Positions 1-12,870 of a stretch of 64,000 nt of DNA are shown here, one piece after another. The position numbers were made by a program, and so were the translations under genes. Origin of the DNA: Octopus bimaculoides (taxonomy: Eukaryota); assembly GCF_001194135.2 (NCBI RefSeq), contig NC_068981.1, positions 187,172,170 to 187,236,169 of the forward strand, read 5' to 3'. Within the stretch, counting starts at the first letter, position 1. Each line of letters starts with the position of its first letter. The notes beneath the pieces were generated by a model that was given only the letters and a program-made list of their open reading frames with translations, was not told where the DNA came from and did no database searches.

Positions 1-284
1 AGCACTAGTCTGATCTTAAGTACTCTGTCACTTACTCTAACGACCTCGATTACCTTATCCACCCATTTCTCCGCTAGAAGTATTCCTACGCCCCCGACCC
101 CGTCAGTGTTCCCTGCCCAGAAAATCTTGTACCTTTGTTCTTTGCCTGTGAGGAACCTTGCAGAACCTCCTCTCCATCTTACTTCCTGGATGCAGCACAT
201 ATCTACGCGTCTCCGTTCAAGCATCTCAACAATTTCACCAGATCTACCTTTCAGCGTGCCGACGTTGAGAGTGCCAATCCTAAC
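1..284 (-). mobile_element. RTE-clade LINE, N-terminal AP-endonuclease coding fragment (runs off window edge)
   Basis: Stop-free minus frame from 284: VRIGTLNVGTLKGRSGEIVEMLERRRVDMCCIQEVRWRGGS...GVGGVGILLAEK...VSDRVLKIRLV, carrying the typical RTE APE motifs (xNV, QEVRW, GVGIL, SDR). Confidence 0.9.
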
Positions 285-323
<39 letters not shown>

Positions 324-826
324 CATACATATATAATATACATATGTGTGTGTGTGTAAACAAGGTTTGCTTTGTAGGAAGTGTTGAGATGCATTGAGAT
401 ATACAGATATGGAGAGAATTATTTCCAAGTGCAGGATAATGCATGAATAGGATATCCTTATATAGCAGGAAAAATTTGTTTGCGGCAAAAATCTGCCTGA
501 GGTCATGTCAAAAAACTGATTTGGCATTAATCGATTTTCTTTAAGAATCTGCTTCTTCCAGCCAAATTGTTGTATCAATTATGGTTCCTTCAGGAGGAAG
601 GAATAATAGACTTCAGTGATCCCTTTATATTTACTTCTAACAAAAGAGGAGCGTGTGGCCCCACAAGTCTATTTTCACCCCCCTCCTAAAAACTCTACGA
701 ACCTCTAAACTTCTTTGTACTGATCAAATATACACTATTCCGGTAAACTGAAATAATAGCAGAATCACTGTAAATGTTTTTGCTCTGTGAATTTTAACTA
801 TGTTAAATCATTTCGAATGTCATGAA

Positions 827-871
827 TTCATCTGATGAAAGCGTAAAGTCGTTAGAAACAGCGGTAATAGA
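827..871 (+). ncRNA. Degenerate minimal hammerhead ribozyme motif
   Basis: CTGATGA 832-838, imperfect stem II (agcg/cgtt), GAAA 855-858, 2-bp stem III with 4-nt loop, GTA triplet 864-866, weak stem I. Confidence 0.4.
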
Positions 872-897
872 TTGACACCTGTACCTCTACTGTTACT

Positions 898-1313
898 CAT
901 CATCGTCATTTAACGTCCGCTTTCCATGCTAGCATGGGTTGGACGATTTGACTGAGGACTGGTGAAACCAGATGGCTACACCAGGCTCCAATCTGATTTG
1001 GCAGAGTTTCTACAGCTGGATGCCTAACGCCAACCACTCCAAGAGTGTAGTGGGTGCTTTTACGTGTCACCGGCACGAAGGCCAGTCAGGCGCTACTGGC
1101 AACAGCCACGCTCAAAATGGTGTATTTTATGTGCCACCCGCACAAGAGCCAGTCCAGGGGCACTGGCAACGATCTCGCTCAGAAGTCCTTACACATGCCG
1201 CGGGTACAAGTGCCAGAAAGGCGACGCTGGGCACAGGTACCATCACAATTTCGCTTTCGCTTGCCCCAATAAGTCTTCGCAAGCTGAGTTTCGTGTTCAA
1301 TGAAGGAGACGAC
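898..1313 (-). mobile_element. 3' end of RTE-clade LINE (GAT-tailed family)
   Basis: (cat)n-ttaacgtccgctttccatgctagcatgg terminus; same sequence family as the copy at 12103-12870 that is attached to RTE RT C-terminal codons. Confidence 0.8.
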
Positions 1314-1623
1314 ACTCATTTATATTTATTCACCTGTCTCAGAATCTGCCCTTCCTAATTATTATGGACCGTATATTTAATATAATGTACATCTCTAAAC
1401 AGCTCAAGAGCGGATTTCTTCTCTTAGCTGGGTTTAATTATCTACTTATACTGCAGGAATATCATCCGGCTGGTACTTATGTATCAAGTTTGATATTTAC
1501 ATAATATTGTTGTGTGTATACTATTCTGACCTAACGAAGTGCCTCAATTTATGTACCTAATTCAACTGAATCTTCATATATTTATATCTATCTATCTATC
1601 TATCTATATATATATATTATATT

Positions 1624-1789
1624 ATATTCAAAATAGGGAAATCCGGTTTATGGGATTACCTTAGGTTTCCCAACCATAAACAGTTTATCTTTATGGCGTA
1701 TCATCAGATCCTGTTGGCCCTTAAAATATCCCTTATGGGATGGAAATCCTAAGGTAATCCCATAAACTGGCCTTTCCCATTTTTAATAT
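1624..1789. repeat. Short foldback/MITE-like element with ~42-bp imperfect inverted arms
   Basis: aaaatagggaaatccggtttatgggattaccttaggtttcc (1630-1670) vs ggaaatcctaaggtaatcccataaactggcctttcccatttt (1742-1783). Confidence 0.7.
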
Positions 1790-1861
1790 GATATATACTG
1801 CTTTACATCTTAGAGTGTGCTTACTCTTTCGGATTTATGTTTTTTACATAAGATATGTGTG

Positions 1862-1907
<46 letters not shown>

Positions 1908-2309
1908 GTTTGTAGATTAGAGACAGGTGTTCTCAATATAGAATATACTTCTTAGTGCTCAAGAGATTTAAACTTGAGCAGGTAGAGGAGTAAATGTCAG
2001 GATAAACATGTTAGGGAAGTTGATATACAAAAAATGTACATGTGTGTGTGTATGTGGATATATATATATATGTGTGTGTGTGTGTACTAAGGTCAGTCTG
2101 GGTGTGAAGTTGGGGCATTTCCAGAGAAGCACTTGATGTAAAAGCACCCATTACACTCTCAGAGTGGTTGGCATTAGGAAGGGCATCCAGCCATAGAAAA
2201 CCATGCTGAATCAGACTGGAGTCTGGTGCACCCTTCCAGCGTGCCAGCCCAGTCAAACCGTCCAACCCATGCCAGCATGGACAATGGACATTAAATGAGG
2301 ATGATGATG

Positions 2310-2343
<34 letters not shown>

Positions 2344-2436
2344 CTGTATAACAAATAAAAGAGTAAGCAATTTTTAAACTCTTACAGCTGTTTCTTTCAC
2401 GTTGCTCCAGTCCAATCAGCTGACAAAAAAAGAGTA

Positions 2437-2610
2437 GTACCTGTATTTCAAAGGGCTAGCCTTGTCACGCTGAATCTCCCCTGAGAACTACGTTAAGGAT
2501 ACATGTGTCTGTGGAATGCTCAGCCACTTGCACATTAATTTCATGAACAAGCTATTCCGTTGACCGTATCAACTGGGAACCTCGTCGTCATAACCGACAG
2601 GATGCTCCAT
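2437..2610 (-). repeat. Interspersed repeat, second copy at ~35428-35592 (+)
   Basis: Reverse complement aligns by eye to 35428-35592, including the gttccagttgatccgatcaacggaac hairpin region. Confidence 0.7.
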
Positions 2611-3055
2611 TGTATACCACTTGAGATGTTTGCTTTACTTAATGTTCGCTTTCCTGTTTAACAATCGTATATGTATACATGTACATATATATACATATAC
2701 ACACACACATGTACATGTGTGTGGGTGTTTTGTACTTGTGCTTGTCCTCACCACCACCACTTGACAAGTGATATTGGTTTATTTACATACTTCTAATCTC
2801 AGCAGTTTGGCATGAGACCAATAGATTAAGTACCAGGTTTAAACTAGGCAATGCTGGTGGTGTGAGTATTCTGCGGCTATACTCCAATGGCTGAAACAAT
2901 TAGAAGAGAGAAAAAATAAAAGACCTTGATGAGATCAATATAACAAAGTGAGAAGCAGAACAGGACATTCTTATCACTTGTTTGGTAACACGTGCAACTG
3001 CAGATCGGAAGACAGAGTACTTCAGAGAATTGGAACATTGTTGGGGAGAAGTGTA

Positions 3056-3472
3056 TCTTCAATCTTTTACTTGTTTCAGTCAATCGACTGTGGCCATGCT
3101 GGGGCCCCACCTTGACGGTTTTTACTTGAACAAATCAACCCCATTATATCTTTTATCTTTTACTTGTTTCAGTCAATGGACTGTGGCCATGCTGGGGTAC
3201 CACCTTGAAGGTCTTTACTTGAATAAATCAACCCCAGTATATCTTTTATCTTTTACTTGTTTCAGTCAATGGACTGTGGCCATGCTGGAGTACCACCTTG
3301 AAGGTTTTTACTTGAACAAATCCAGTATATCTTTTATCTTTTGTTTCAGTCAATGGACTGTGGCCATGCTGGGGTACCACCTTGAAGGTCTTTACTTGAA
3401 TAAATCAACCCCAGTATATCTTTTATCTTTTACTTGTTTTAGTCAATGGACTGTGGCCATGGTGGAAGCCAG
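3056..3472. repeat. Tandem array (~5 x ~90 bp) of a SINE 3'-terminal segment
   Basis: Unit cttttatcttttacttgtttcagtcaatggactgtggccatgctggggtaccaccttgaagg...aaatcaaccccagtatat repeated; it is the antisense of the family A SINE tail; explains ORF 2982-3518. Confidence 0.85.
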
Positions 3473-3544
3473 GCTGTTTATTTTATTCTCTACTCCTCAC
3501 TTTTGCCAACTACAATAATCAAGCTTTCTACTATAGGCACAGTG

Positions 3545-3855
3545 GTGGCATATGGCCTAGTGGTTAGAGCATCAGACTCGTGGTCAAGGGATCGCAGGTT
3601 CAAATCTCAGAACGGGCAATGTGTGTGTTTATGAGCGAAACACCTAAGCTTCATGCAGCTTCGGCAGAAGGTAATGGTGAACTTCTGCTGGTTCTTTTAC
3701 CACAACTTTCTCTCACTTTCTCCTCCTGCATCTAGCAGCTCACCTGTGATAGACCGGTGTCCCATCCAGGTGGGGAATGTATACGCCAATGAAACCAGCC
3801 CTTATGAGCCAAGCATGGCTCAAGAAGGAACAAGCAACAACAACTACAGGAACAA
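3545..3855 (+). mobile_element. tRNA-derived SINE, family C (other copies ~35590-35782 -, ~61481-61747 -)
   Basis: A-box-like tggcctagtgg and B-box-like ggttcaaatc head, shared body, (aac)n tail. Confidence 0.75.
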
Positions 3856-4473
3856 GGCCTGAAATTTGTGGGGAGAGGCTAAGTCGATCACATCAACCCC
3901 AGAACCTGACTGGTACTTAATTAATTAAGGTAAAGTTGACCTTGGTAGAATTTGAACTCAGAATGTAGAGATGGGCAAAATACCACTAAGCATTTTGCCT
4001 GGCATGCTAACAATTCTGCCAGCTTACCACCTGACCAACTACAATAATAACACCAGCACCACCAACACCACTAATGCCAGCAACACAACCAACTCTCCTC
4101 CCCACCGATCAGCAACATCCCCACCATCACAAACAACGTCCATCCATTAACAACATCCCCACCACCTACAACAACTTCCATCCATTAACATCCCCAACAA
4201 CTACATACATTTCTCACATGGAATGTTAAGATCACAAAATTTTGGAAAGAAGTATATTAGACTAAACCAAACTACTCGACCTGTAATGTTATTTTAGGTC
4301 AATAGCAGGATGAACACGAGAAAGTCATTGTAGTGAGAGGCTTACTGTCAATTCAGTTATTTGAATAATAACAAAGCTGTTGAAGTTTTCCTACTTTCAA
4401 GTTACTAGGTTCTAGACTCAGTCCTCTGAAAATTTAACATGGCATCACATATTCTCTATAATAATATTAATAT

Positions 4474-4629
4474 AGGCACAGGAGTGGCTGTGTGGTAAGT
4501 AGCTTGCTTACCAATCACATGCTTCCGGGTTCAATCCCACTGCATGGCACCTACTATAGCCTCGGGCCGACCAAAGCCTTGTGAGTGGATTTGGTAGACG
4601 GAAACTGAAAGAAGCCCGTCGTATATATG

Positions 4630-4660
<31 letters not shown>

Positions 4661-4860
4661 TTGTGCATCTGTGTTTGTTCCCCCACCATCGCTTGACAAC
4701 CAATGCTGGTGTGTTTACGTCTCCGTAACTTAGAGGTTCGGCAAAAAGAGACCGATATAATAAGTAGTAGGCTTACAAAGAATAAGCCCTGGGGTCAATT
4801 TTCTCGACTAAAGGCGGTGCTCCAGCATGGCCAGTCAAATGACTGAAACAAGTAAAAGAG
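4474..4860 (+). mobile_element. tRNA-derived SINE, family A, full length
   Basis: ggctgtgtggtaag..ggttcaatccc head, internal (TA)n/(TG)n tract, ...gactgaaacaagtaaaagag tail; more than 10 copies in window. Confidence 0.85.
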
Positions 4861-5616
4861 TATTGTCTTCAAAATTAAACTGAATCAAACACAGCTGATT
4901 TCAATAGGAGAATAAAAAAAAAGGTAATGAAAGGATTAAAGCAAAATGAATGAACAAGCAAAATTATGCAAAAAATTTAAACAAAAAGGATAGAAAAATA
5001 TTTTATAATTTATTATTTTTCCATTTGTATATCAATTAGAAATTTCCGTTATAAAAGAAAAAAAATCCTTCATAAAATTCATTGAAAAATAACAAGTGAT
5101 ACAATTAGAGATGGAAAAAGTCATCACCATCATCATCATCATTATCATCATCACAGTCACTGGTCATATCGATATAAACCCCTAAGTCATATGTGGATTA
5201 GCGTGAATGTATATGCTCTTGTTTACTAATAAAATACATATCACATGATGGAAGGCAGAATTGATTATCATTGATTATTGATAAAAAAATACTAAAAAGT
5301 TTTTTGTTTTTTTTAGTACAACATTGTTACTGTGCTGCAAATATATTATTATTATTAATTTTAATTGCATTCTGAATATCAAAAGATCAAAATAGCCCTC
5401 TTACATAAGATTCTACCTGAATTTAAAAACTGCTCCCAAGCAATTTTTTTTTTCCCCTAAAATAATCAATAGCATATTTCATATATTTCAAATTAAGAAA
5501 ATGACCCAAATCAAAAGATAATTCAATATTCTGCCCTTCCTGTGATATGTCAATATATATATATTTGAAAAAAAAAAAATGAATAGAAATGGCTTTTCTG
5601 ATAATTTTTCCATTAA

Positions 5617-5895
5617 CCCATTACCTCCCATAATTCTATTAACTGGAAATTTTTTTAATGAAACTTTGATTTCTAGCATAAAACAGCCTTAGAAACACGC
5701 TGGATTGATCAAAATAACATTTTAAATAGAAATAAGCGAGATATTGGGTGAAAAATTAGCAAACCTCATTTGAATATCAGAGAAATATACCTAGCAGATA
5801 TAGCAAAAAGGTTAGATATGTGTAAATATTGACAGATAATTACGAAATTTGTAATTTTTAAGTGATCTCATATGAGATCACTGGTAGGTAATGGG
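5617..5895. mobile_element. piggyBac-like MITE
   Basis: TIR cccattacct(c/a)cc at both ends, TTAA at 5613-5616 and 5896-5899. Confidence 0.7.
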
Positions 5896-6362
5896 TTAAC
5901 ATCTAATTATTAAAATGGTCATTTTTATTCATTTTTACAAATATATAATATTGCAAAAGGATTTTCTATTTCTTAATGAGAAATTTTGGATGAAAATTCA
6001 TAAATACTTTTATGCATTAAAATACTTATGAATTTCCATCCAAAAGTTCTAGTTATTACTTCACCCTATGTTATAGCAGCACCACATCAATAACCATCCT
6101 GCATAAATTACTCTGGAAGATGGGAACAATAAGTGGTGGCTGGAATAAATAGCATAGAAGCTAGTTGTATGCTGTCAACTTAATGTGACAGTCCCCTGAA
6201 GGGAATAGTACTATTGTTGGTTAGAACTAGGAAGCTACACCACTTCCTGTCGGCCTTAGAAGCCTGTTAGGAGTGCACCTGTAAACGTTTTCCATAAACG
6301 AACTTAAAGAACATATATATATGCATATAAACATGCATATGTACATACATACATACATACAC

Positions 6363-6395
<33 letters not shown>

Positions 6396-9050
6396 CACAT
6401 ACATACATATACACAGACATATATGTATATACACACACACACACAGGTCTGCATGTTTGTATGTAAGTATTAAGCGATGGGCATCTATCTTAAAAGATCC
6501 TGACAATTAATCTGATTGCACTTCCACATGTCTCAGGCTAACAAGGTACTCCAAATGATTACAGAAATATCTCCATTCAATCAATCAACTGATCAATATA
6601 ACAGTCCTTGTATAGTCAAACAGTTGTAGAATGCTTCTCAGCATCTTGTAAATCCATTTTGCAACATAAGTTGTGTTTAATATAGGAAACAAGCAAAAAT
6701 GGACAACCCAAAACATTGCTACATGTATTTAAATAGCAAGGTCACTTATTCAGTATAGATTGATTTGATCCTGCTGAGAAAAGGCTCGATATTGCCTGAT
6801 GAAATTGTGTGGCTATGTAACTATTTAAAATTATGTAATACCATGTAAATAAACCACCATGCTATTGAAACATATGTAGCAATATTTGAACTCTCCATTC
6901 TCATATATATATATTCCAGTTGTGTAGAGTCTAGAATGTAGTTTAAAGTAACTGAGTATCTCTTCCTCTACTAAATAGCTAATGCCCAAACTGATCAGTC
7001 TAGCTGATTCTATATTGCCCTACATAGTCACATGTGGAGTTGCAAAATTCGAAGCTTGTGGACAATCATTGTGAAGCCCAAAGGCATTAACAACAATATA
7101 TAAGTAGTAATGTGCGTATTCTTAAATAAATAAATATATATATATATTTTTATATATGTATATATATATTATATGAAGTTGAAGCAGGTATAATCATTTG
7201 AAAGGAAGTTCACTTTGAAACCAAGTTGTTCCAAGTTCAATCTGTGTGACACTTTGTGGAAATGTCTTCCAACATAGTCTTGGACTGAGGAATGTATTGC
7301 GAGTAGAATTTGGCAGATGGGGAGCGTGTGTTAGCCTTTTGTATAGATATGGGTGTGTGCATAAATATATGTGCGTGTGTGTATGTTAGTGTTTACCAGT
7401 GTGTTGAGTTGTGTGACTTTTTTTTGTCAACAAAGTGGCTTAGTGACTTGATAAGTAGAGATTGATTAAAAAAAAGTACCAGATTAAAACATGATTGACT
7501 AAAACTCTTGAAGGCATTTCTCCCATCATGGCTGCAGTCCAATGACTGAAACCAGAAAATGAATAAAAGAAAATTATGTATATATGAAGACAAAATTTCT
7601 GTACAAACTCCTTGAGGTTGTCACTGTCTTTGATTGTTTAATTATTGTGCTTCTGCTTAACTGGTGAACATGAGAGAAAGTTTGGTTCCCAAATATCAGA
7701 CAGAACAAGGATGGTTTCCAATCTACTGTTGTCTGCACCAGAGAATTAAGAAATATATGTAGAATTATTTATAAATATGGTTGGCGTTAGGAAGGGCATC
7801 CAGCTGTAGAAACACTGCCAAATCAGATTGGAGCCTGGTGTAGCCATCTGGTTTCACCGGTCCTCAGTCAAATCGTCCAACCCATGCTAGCATGGAAAGC
7901 AGACGTTAGACGACAATGATGATGATGCAGTGGAAATTAATATATGCCCTATCCCTACCTGTCATTTTGCTATTCTTACATACAGACACTATTAGAGAAC
8001 TTAACATGGGAGCTAATAAATGAGAAAACATATGTAACTATAAATATTTATATTTATATATAACGTGAGAGAGTTAGGGGTTGGGGGTTCAACCCACTAA
8101 GGGATAGTATCTATCCAGTATACTGCTGGGAGGGTACCCAATTATTGCTACACTAGTGCTATACTAGGTGCAATCAATGGGAGCGGGTAAAAGTGGAGGT
8201 TTTACCCAAAATTTGTATAACAATTAGAAAATGGAGGATAATATGCTGAACCCAACTACTTGCAGACGGTGTATCCCGTTGAATTCATTAATTTAATTCA
8301 TAGCAAAAGTGACAAAAAAAGGAAGAAAAGAAAAAGAAAGAAAGAACCAAAGCACAGGTGTCTATGGCAGACTATGTTATTTTGCCAACATGGTTTACTA
8401 TATATATATATGTATATAAATATAGATATGCAGGGCAGGGAATCGTCGGAGAAGCAGGTTACTGTCAATCCCTATATATTTATGTATATAAATATATAGT
8501 ATGAGGGAAAAGAACCAAGGTTTATGAACTCATCGATGAAAATCCACTGTCACATATAGAAAAAATTTATAATTAAAAGTACAATAAATAAGTATAATAT
8601 AATACAAAGTAAATATCATAAGATCAAGATAATAAAATGACTACATTTATATATATAGTTCTTTTCCCTAATACTATATATTTATATATATTTTATACTG
8701 TGAAACTTAATTTAATTTTAATTTTTAATAAATTGATTTTAATTGAGTTTTTACCTGTAATTTTGGATTTTATCCCTAATATTATTATTATTATATCTAA
8801 TATATATATATAATTTCATTTAGGCATAACAACATTAATAACCTGTTGTTAGAACTCAATATACATGTACTTTACAATAAAGTATTTGGGCAAGACAGAG
8901 TTAATATATAGTGTAATACAAATTATTGAATGACAACAGAACAGAAATTACATAATCAAATTCAAGAGGATTACATAAATCTCTTGTTCCATTGTCATTC
9001 AATAATTCACACATGACTAATAAACTATAAATCTGTACTTTGTATATGTA

Positions 9051-9105
<55 letters not shown>

Positions 9106-10274
9106 TAAGAGAGAGAGAGAGAGCTTATAACTTTCCTTTTGTTTCTGCATCTCTAGAGAATAGTGTTTTAGGACAAAATAGCACTGAAACCCAATATTAT
9201 ATTAGAAGTCATGTATAGCAGCACCAAGAGCTGCATGTGGCTTGTGAGCCATAGTTTAGCCACCGCTGTCCAACAGTGTCAATAGGCATGCTAGAAACAG
9301 CAGCCAGGTTCCTATCTTATCTTAAAAAAAAGGAAGAATGTGTTGAATAATGTAGTGATTGATTTACAAACTGTGTTTGAATATTGGACATGGCTCACAC
9401 CTTTGAAGAAGATTGACCTAAACAATAAGGAAATGGGAGGAATTAAACTAATGAGAAGTTGGGCATATTTGTTTGTCTTCATTTTCATTGTCTTACATTG
9501 GCGGACAACTTCAAGTTCTTCTTGTAAACTAGGATCTTGGTTTATTGCTGGAGCACTTGTCTTTAACTGTTCCTTATTACTAACAATTCAACCATGACAT
9601 AAGAGAAGAACCATAATGCAAGTTTGTAAAACAGGCAATGGAAAACATAAATTAACATACCTAATCTAAAAGTAGAAATACAAAGTTTATAGTAAATGCT
9701 TAAATTTGTGAATATGTGCTCACTATGTCGTCAGATACCTTACCCTCACGGCTATTGGTCTGTTTGTTTAGAAAATATAATTTAAAATTCAGAAACTTTG
9801 AGAGACATGAAATAATTCAATTTTAACAGTGGTAATCAAAACAGATAAATCTATAAACAAAAGCAAGTGAATATAGGGTTAAAAAAACTTTTTCTGTCCG
9901 AAGGGTTCTTTTTTTTATTCCTGTATTTACAAGATATTGTTTGTAGCTTTATCTACTTCAAGCTCCACCATGAAAATCGAATTATAATGTATAACAAATG
10001 ATTTTTTTTTCTTCCCAACATACTTCTAGACCTGAGAGCAGCAGTTAATATGAAAGAAATATATTGAGAGGTTTAAGAAAAGAGAACGTATTTCTTACAA
10101 AAAAAAATTTTTTTTAAACCGATGTGGAAATGATAGTGAAATTAAAATAATCCTGAAAATGAAAATACAAACAAAATTAATTATTACTATTAAAAATAAA
10201 GGTTGACAATTTTCAATGGAAATTCTGTTGTTGTTGTCCAGCATGGAATTCTTTCTCTCCAGCAGTTCTTGGAT

Positions 10275-10406
10275 TTACATAATAATTTGAGGTTCTGGAA
10301 CCGATACAGATATAGCTTTGTGTGGAAGAATTCGACCACCATTGATATAAAGTTCATCTTTAACAATTACATCTTCTCCAAGTACTGACACATTTTCCAT
10401 GCGAAC
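10275..10406 (-). CDS. GMPPB: GMPPB coding exon 9 (last; [13 protein letters not shown]...VPEPQIIM*)
   Basis: AG acceptor 10408-10407, 132 nt, TAA 10277-10275; matches the C-terminus of mannose-1-phosphate guanylyltransferase beta. Confidence 0.97.
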   Translation of the reverse strand, partial: VRMENVSVLGEDVIVKDELYINGGRILPHKAISVSVPEPQIIM

Positions 10407-11853
10407 CTGAAATAAAAACAGTGACATTGTCAGCAACATGATAAGCTAATAATAAATTACATGTTCAGACATGGCTGTGTGGCTAAGAAGCTTGCTTTCC
10501 AACCATGTGGTCTCAGGTTCAATTCCACAGTGCAGCACCTTGGGCAAGTGTCTTTTACTACAGCCCAAGGCTGATCGAAGCATTTTGAGTGAATTCAGTA
10601 GATGGAAACTGTGTAGAAACCAATTGCATGTGTATGTGTGTGTGTGTGTACCCTTGTCTTGACATGGTGGTTGTAAATGAGCATCACTGTTATACAAGTG
10701 GGGTTGTTTGCTTCCAATTTTCCTAGGAAAACATCTGCTGGCATGGCTGAATGGTTAACAAGTTCACTCTCCAATGTTTAATATAATAAATACATCAACC
10801 CACTGTACCAAACCAGGTAATGTTTTCATTGTGCAATATATATGTTGCAACAGCAACAACAGCGGCAACACTAACAGTAACAAAAGTCACTCCTCTGCTG
10901 CAAATTTCAACCAATCAGAAACAAGTTATCATATACCTCATTGCTATTTTGATCACCTTTTCTGCACCTCTGAATCAATTTTCCACAATTTTGTCAAATG
11001 TAGCAAATTTTAAGCACCTCCTTATATCCTGGTTTGGTGATGGTGGACCAAGATTTGATGTTGCTTTCATACTCTTTAGGGTCCTATTCCCTTTGTCCTT
11101 AAAGCGGAACAGCATGATGGCCATCAAATGTGAACCTAGGAAATGTTACTTTATCTATAGCATTGCCTTATGTATTGTTGAACCCTTAATGCACGATCAA
11201 GTTTGTGTTTTTATTAAACGGTATTTCATCATGTTATTTACGTTCTGCAATAATAACGGCTTTGTCGTTCAAGTTAACTAGTATCTGCGCAAGTATGCGC
11301 AAGCCCGAGCAAAATGATTGAGGAGGACTGGCATCGCTTAGCAGCGTTTCGTCCGTCTTTACTTTCTGAGTTCACATTCCGCGGACGTTAAACGATGATG
11401 ATGATGTTGTCATCTGCTTTTTTACAACTTTCAAATCTTGGTTTGCCAGTCTTCAGTCAAACCATCCAACCCATGCCAGCATGGAAAGCGGACGTTAAAC
11501 AACAACGATGATGATGATGATGATGATGATACATATGTATGTGTGAGTGTGTGTGTGTATGGTGGGTGTGGGTATGTTTTCAAGATCCTTTAGTTTGACA
11601 TTCTTAATTGTAAAAGAATGTCAGTCATAGAAGCAGTGTAATTCTTCAAGAATCTTCTGAGGAAATATGTCTGGCAATTGGGATGTCCGTATTCAATGGA
11701 CTAAGGGAAATATTACCTTACTGAGCAGCAAGTGATGGGTGGTGACAAGGACAGCTTGCCATAGAAAATTTGCCATAAAGAATTTCGTCTAAGCATGGAA
11801 AAGTGGACATTGAAACTATGACAATGATGATAGAACATAAAATGCTGACTTAC

Positions 11854-12036
11854 CCACTGTCCTACGATGCATTTCCAACCAATGATGCATGACTCCAGCC
11901 AGGAATGAGATTTTATGTGAGCATCTTTTAGAATTGTGCACCGTTTTATGCAAACACCATCTTCAATGATAACACCTGGCGCTATTGTGACATTTGGACC
12001 TATTCTACACTTCTTGCCAATTTGAGCAGTGGAATC
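11854..12036 (-). CDS. GMPPB: GMPPB coding exon 8 ([10 protein letters not shown]...WKCIVGQW), left-handed beta-helix region
   Basis: 183 nt, AG/GTAAGT boundaries, phase 0-0. Confidence 0.97.
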
Positions 12037-12102
12037 CTGCAAAAAAGAATATTTCGGTAGAAATTCAATATTTGAAACATTTAATCAAAATATCAACAAA
12101 TG

Positions 12103-12870
12103 TGAAAAAGTGTCACACCCTAGCAGTTGAGGGAACCTGTGGAAGAGGTAAACCGAGGAAGACCTGGGATGAGGTGGTGAAGCATAACCTTCAAACATTG
12201 GGCCTCACCAAGGCAATGACTAGTGACCAATACCTTTGGAGATATGCTGTGCTTGAGAAGACCAGACAAGCCAAGTGAAACAATAACCTGTGGCCTATGC
12301 CAATGGTGTATAACCAGCCCACTTATGAGTACTCTTCATTCATTGGACAATAAACTTTGCTTGCAAAGACCTGTTGAGGCAAGTGAAATCAAAATCGCTG
12401 ACATGGCCGATGACAGTACTGCCTGATTGGCACTTGTGCCAGTGGAACGTTAAAAGCACCATCCGAGTGTGATTGTTGCCAGGGCCGCTGACTGGCTCCC
12501 GTGCTGGTGGCACATAAAAAGCACCATTTGAGTGTGATCGCTGCTAGCGTTGCCTTACTGGCACATAAAAAACGACATTTGAGCGTGGACGTTGCCAATG
12601 CTGCGGGATCGGCTCCCATGCAGGTGTCACGTAAAAAACACCTTTTAAGCATGGTCATTGCCAGTACCGCCTGACTGGCCCTTTGTGGTGGTGGTATGTA
12701 AAAGCACCCACTACACTCTCGGAGTGGTTGGCATTAGGAAGGGCATCCAGCTGTAGAAACTTTGCCAGATCAAATTGGAGTCTTGTGCAGCCTTCTGGGT
12801 CGCCAGTCCTCAGTCAAACCGTCCAACCCATGCCAGCATGGAAAGCAGACGTTAAACAACGATGATGATG
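12103..12870 (+). mobile_element. 5'-truncated RTE-clade LINE (RT C-terminus plus 3'UTR) in GMPPB intron 7
   Basis: KKCHTLAVEGTCGRGKPRKTWDEVVK...DQYLWRYAV (RTE GxRxRGRPRKTW-like motif), then ~60-bp subrepeats and (gat)n tail. Confidence 0.85.

Noticed and set aside
8186-8208. 8-bp hairpin gggtaaaa/ttttaccc as a Helitron 3' end
   Set aside because: It is not followed by a CTRR terminus.
9360-9587. ~75-codon open minus frame (KEQLKTSAPAINQDPSLQEELEVVRQC...)
   Set aside because: No recognisable homology or convincing donor; more likely GMPPB 3'UTR or downstream sequence.
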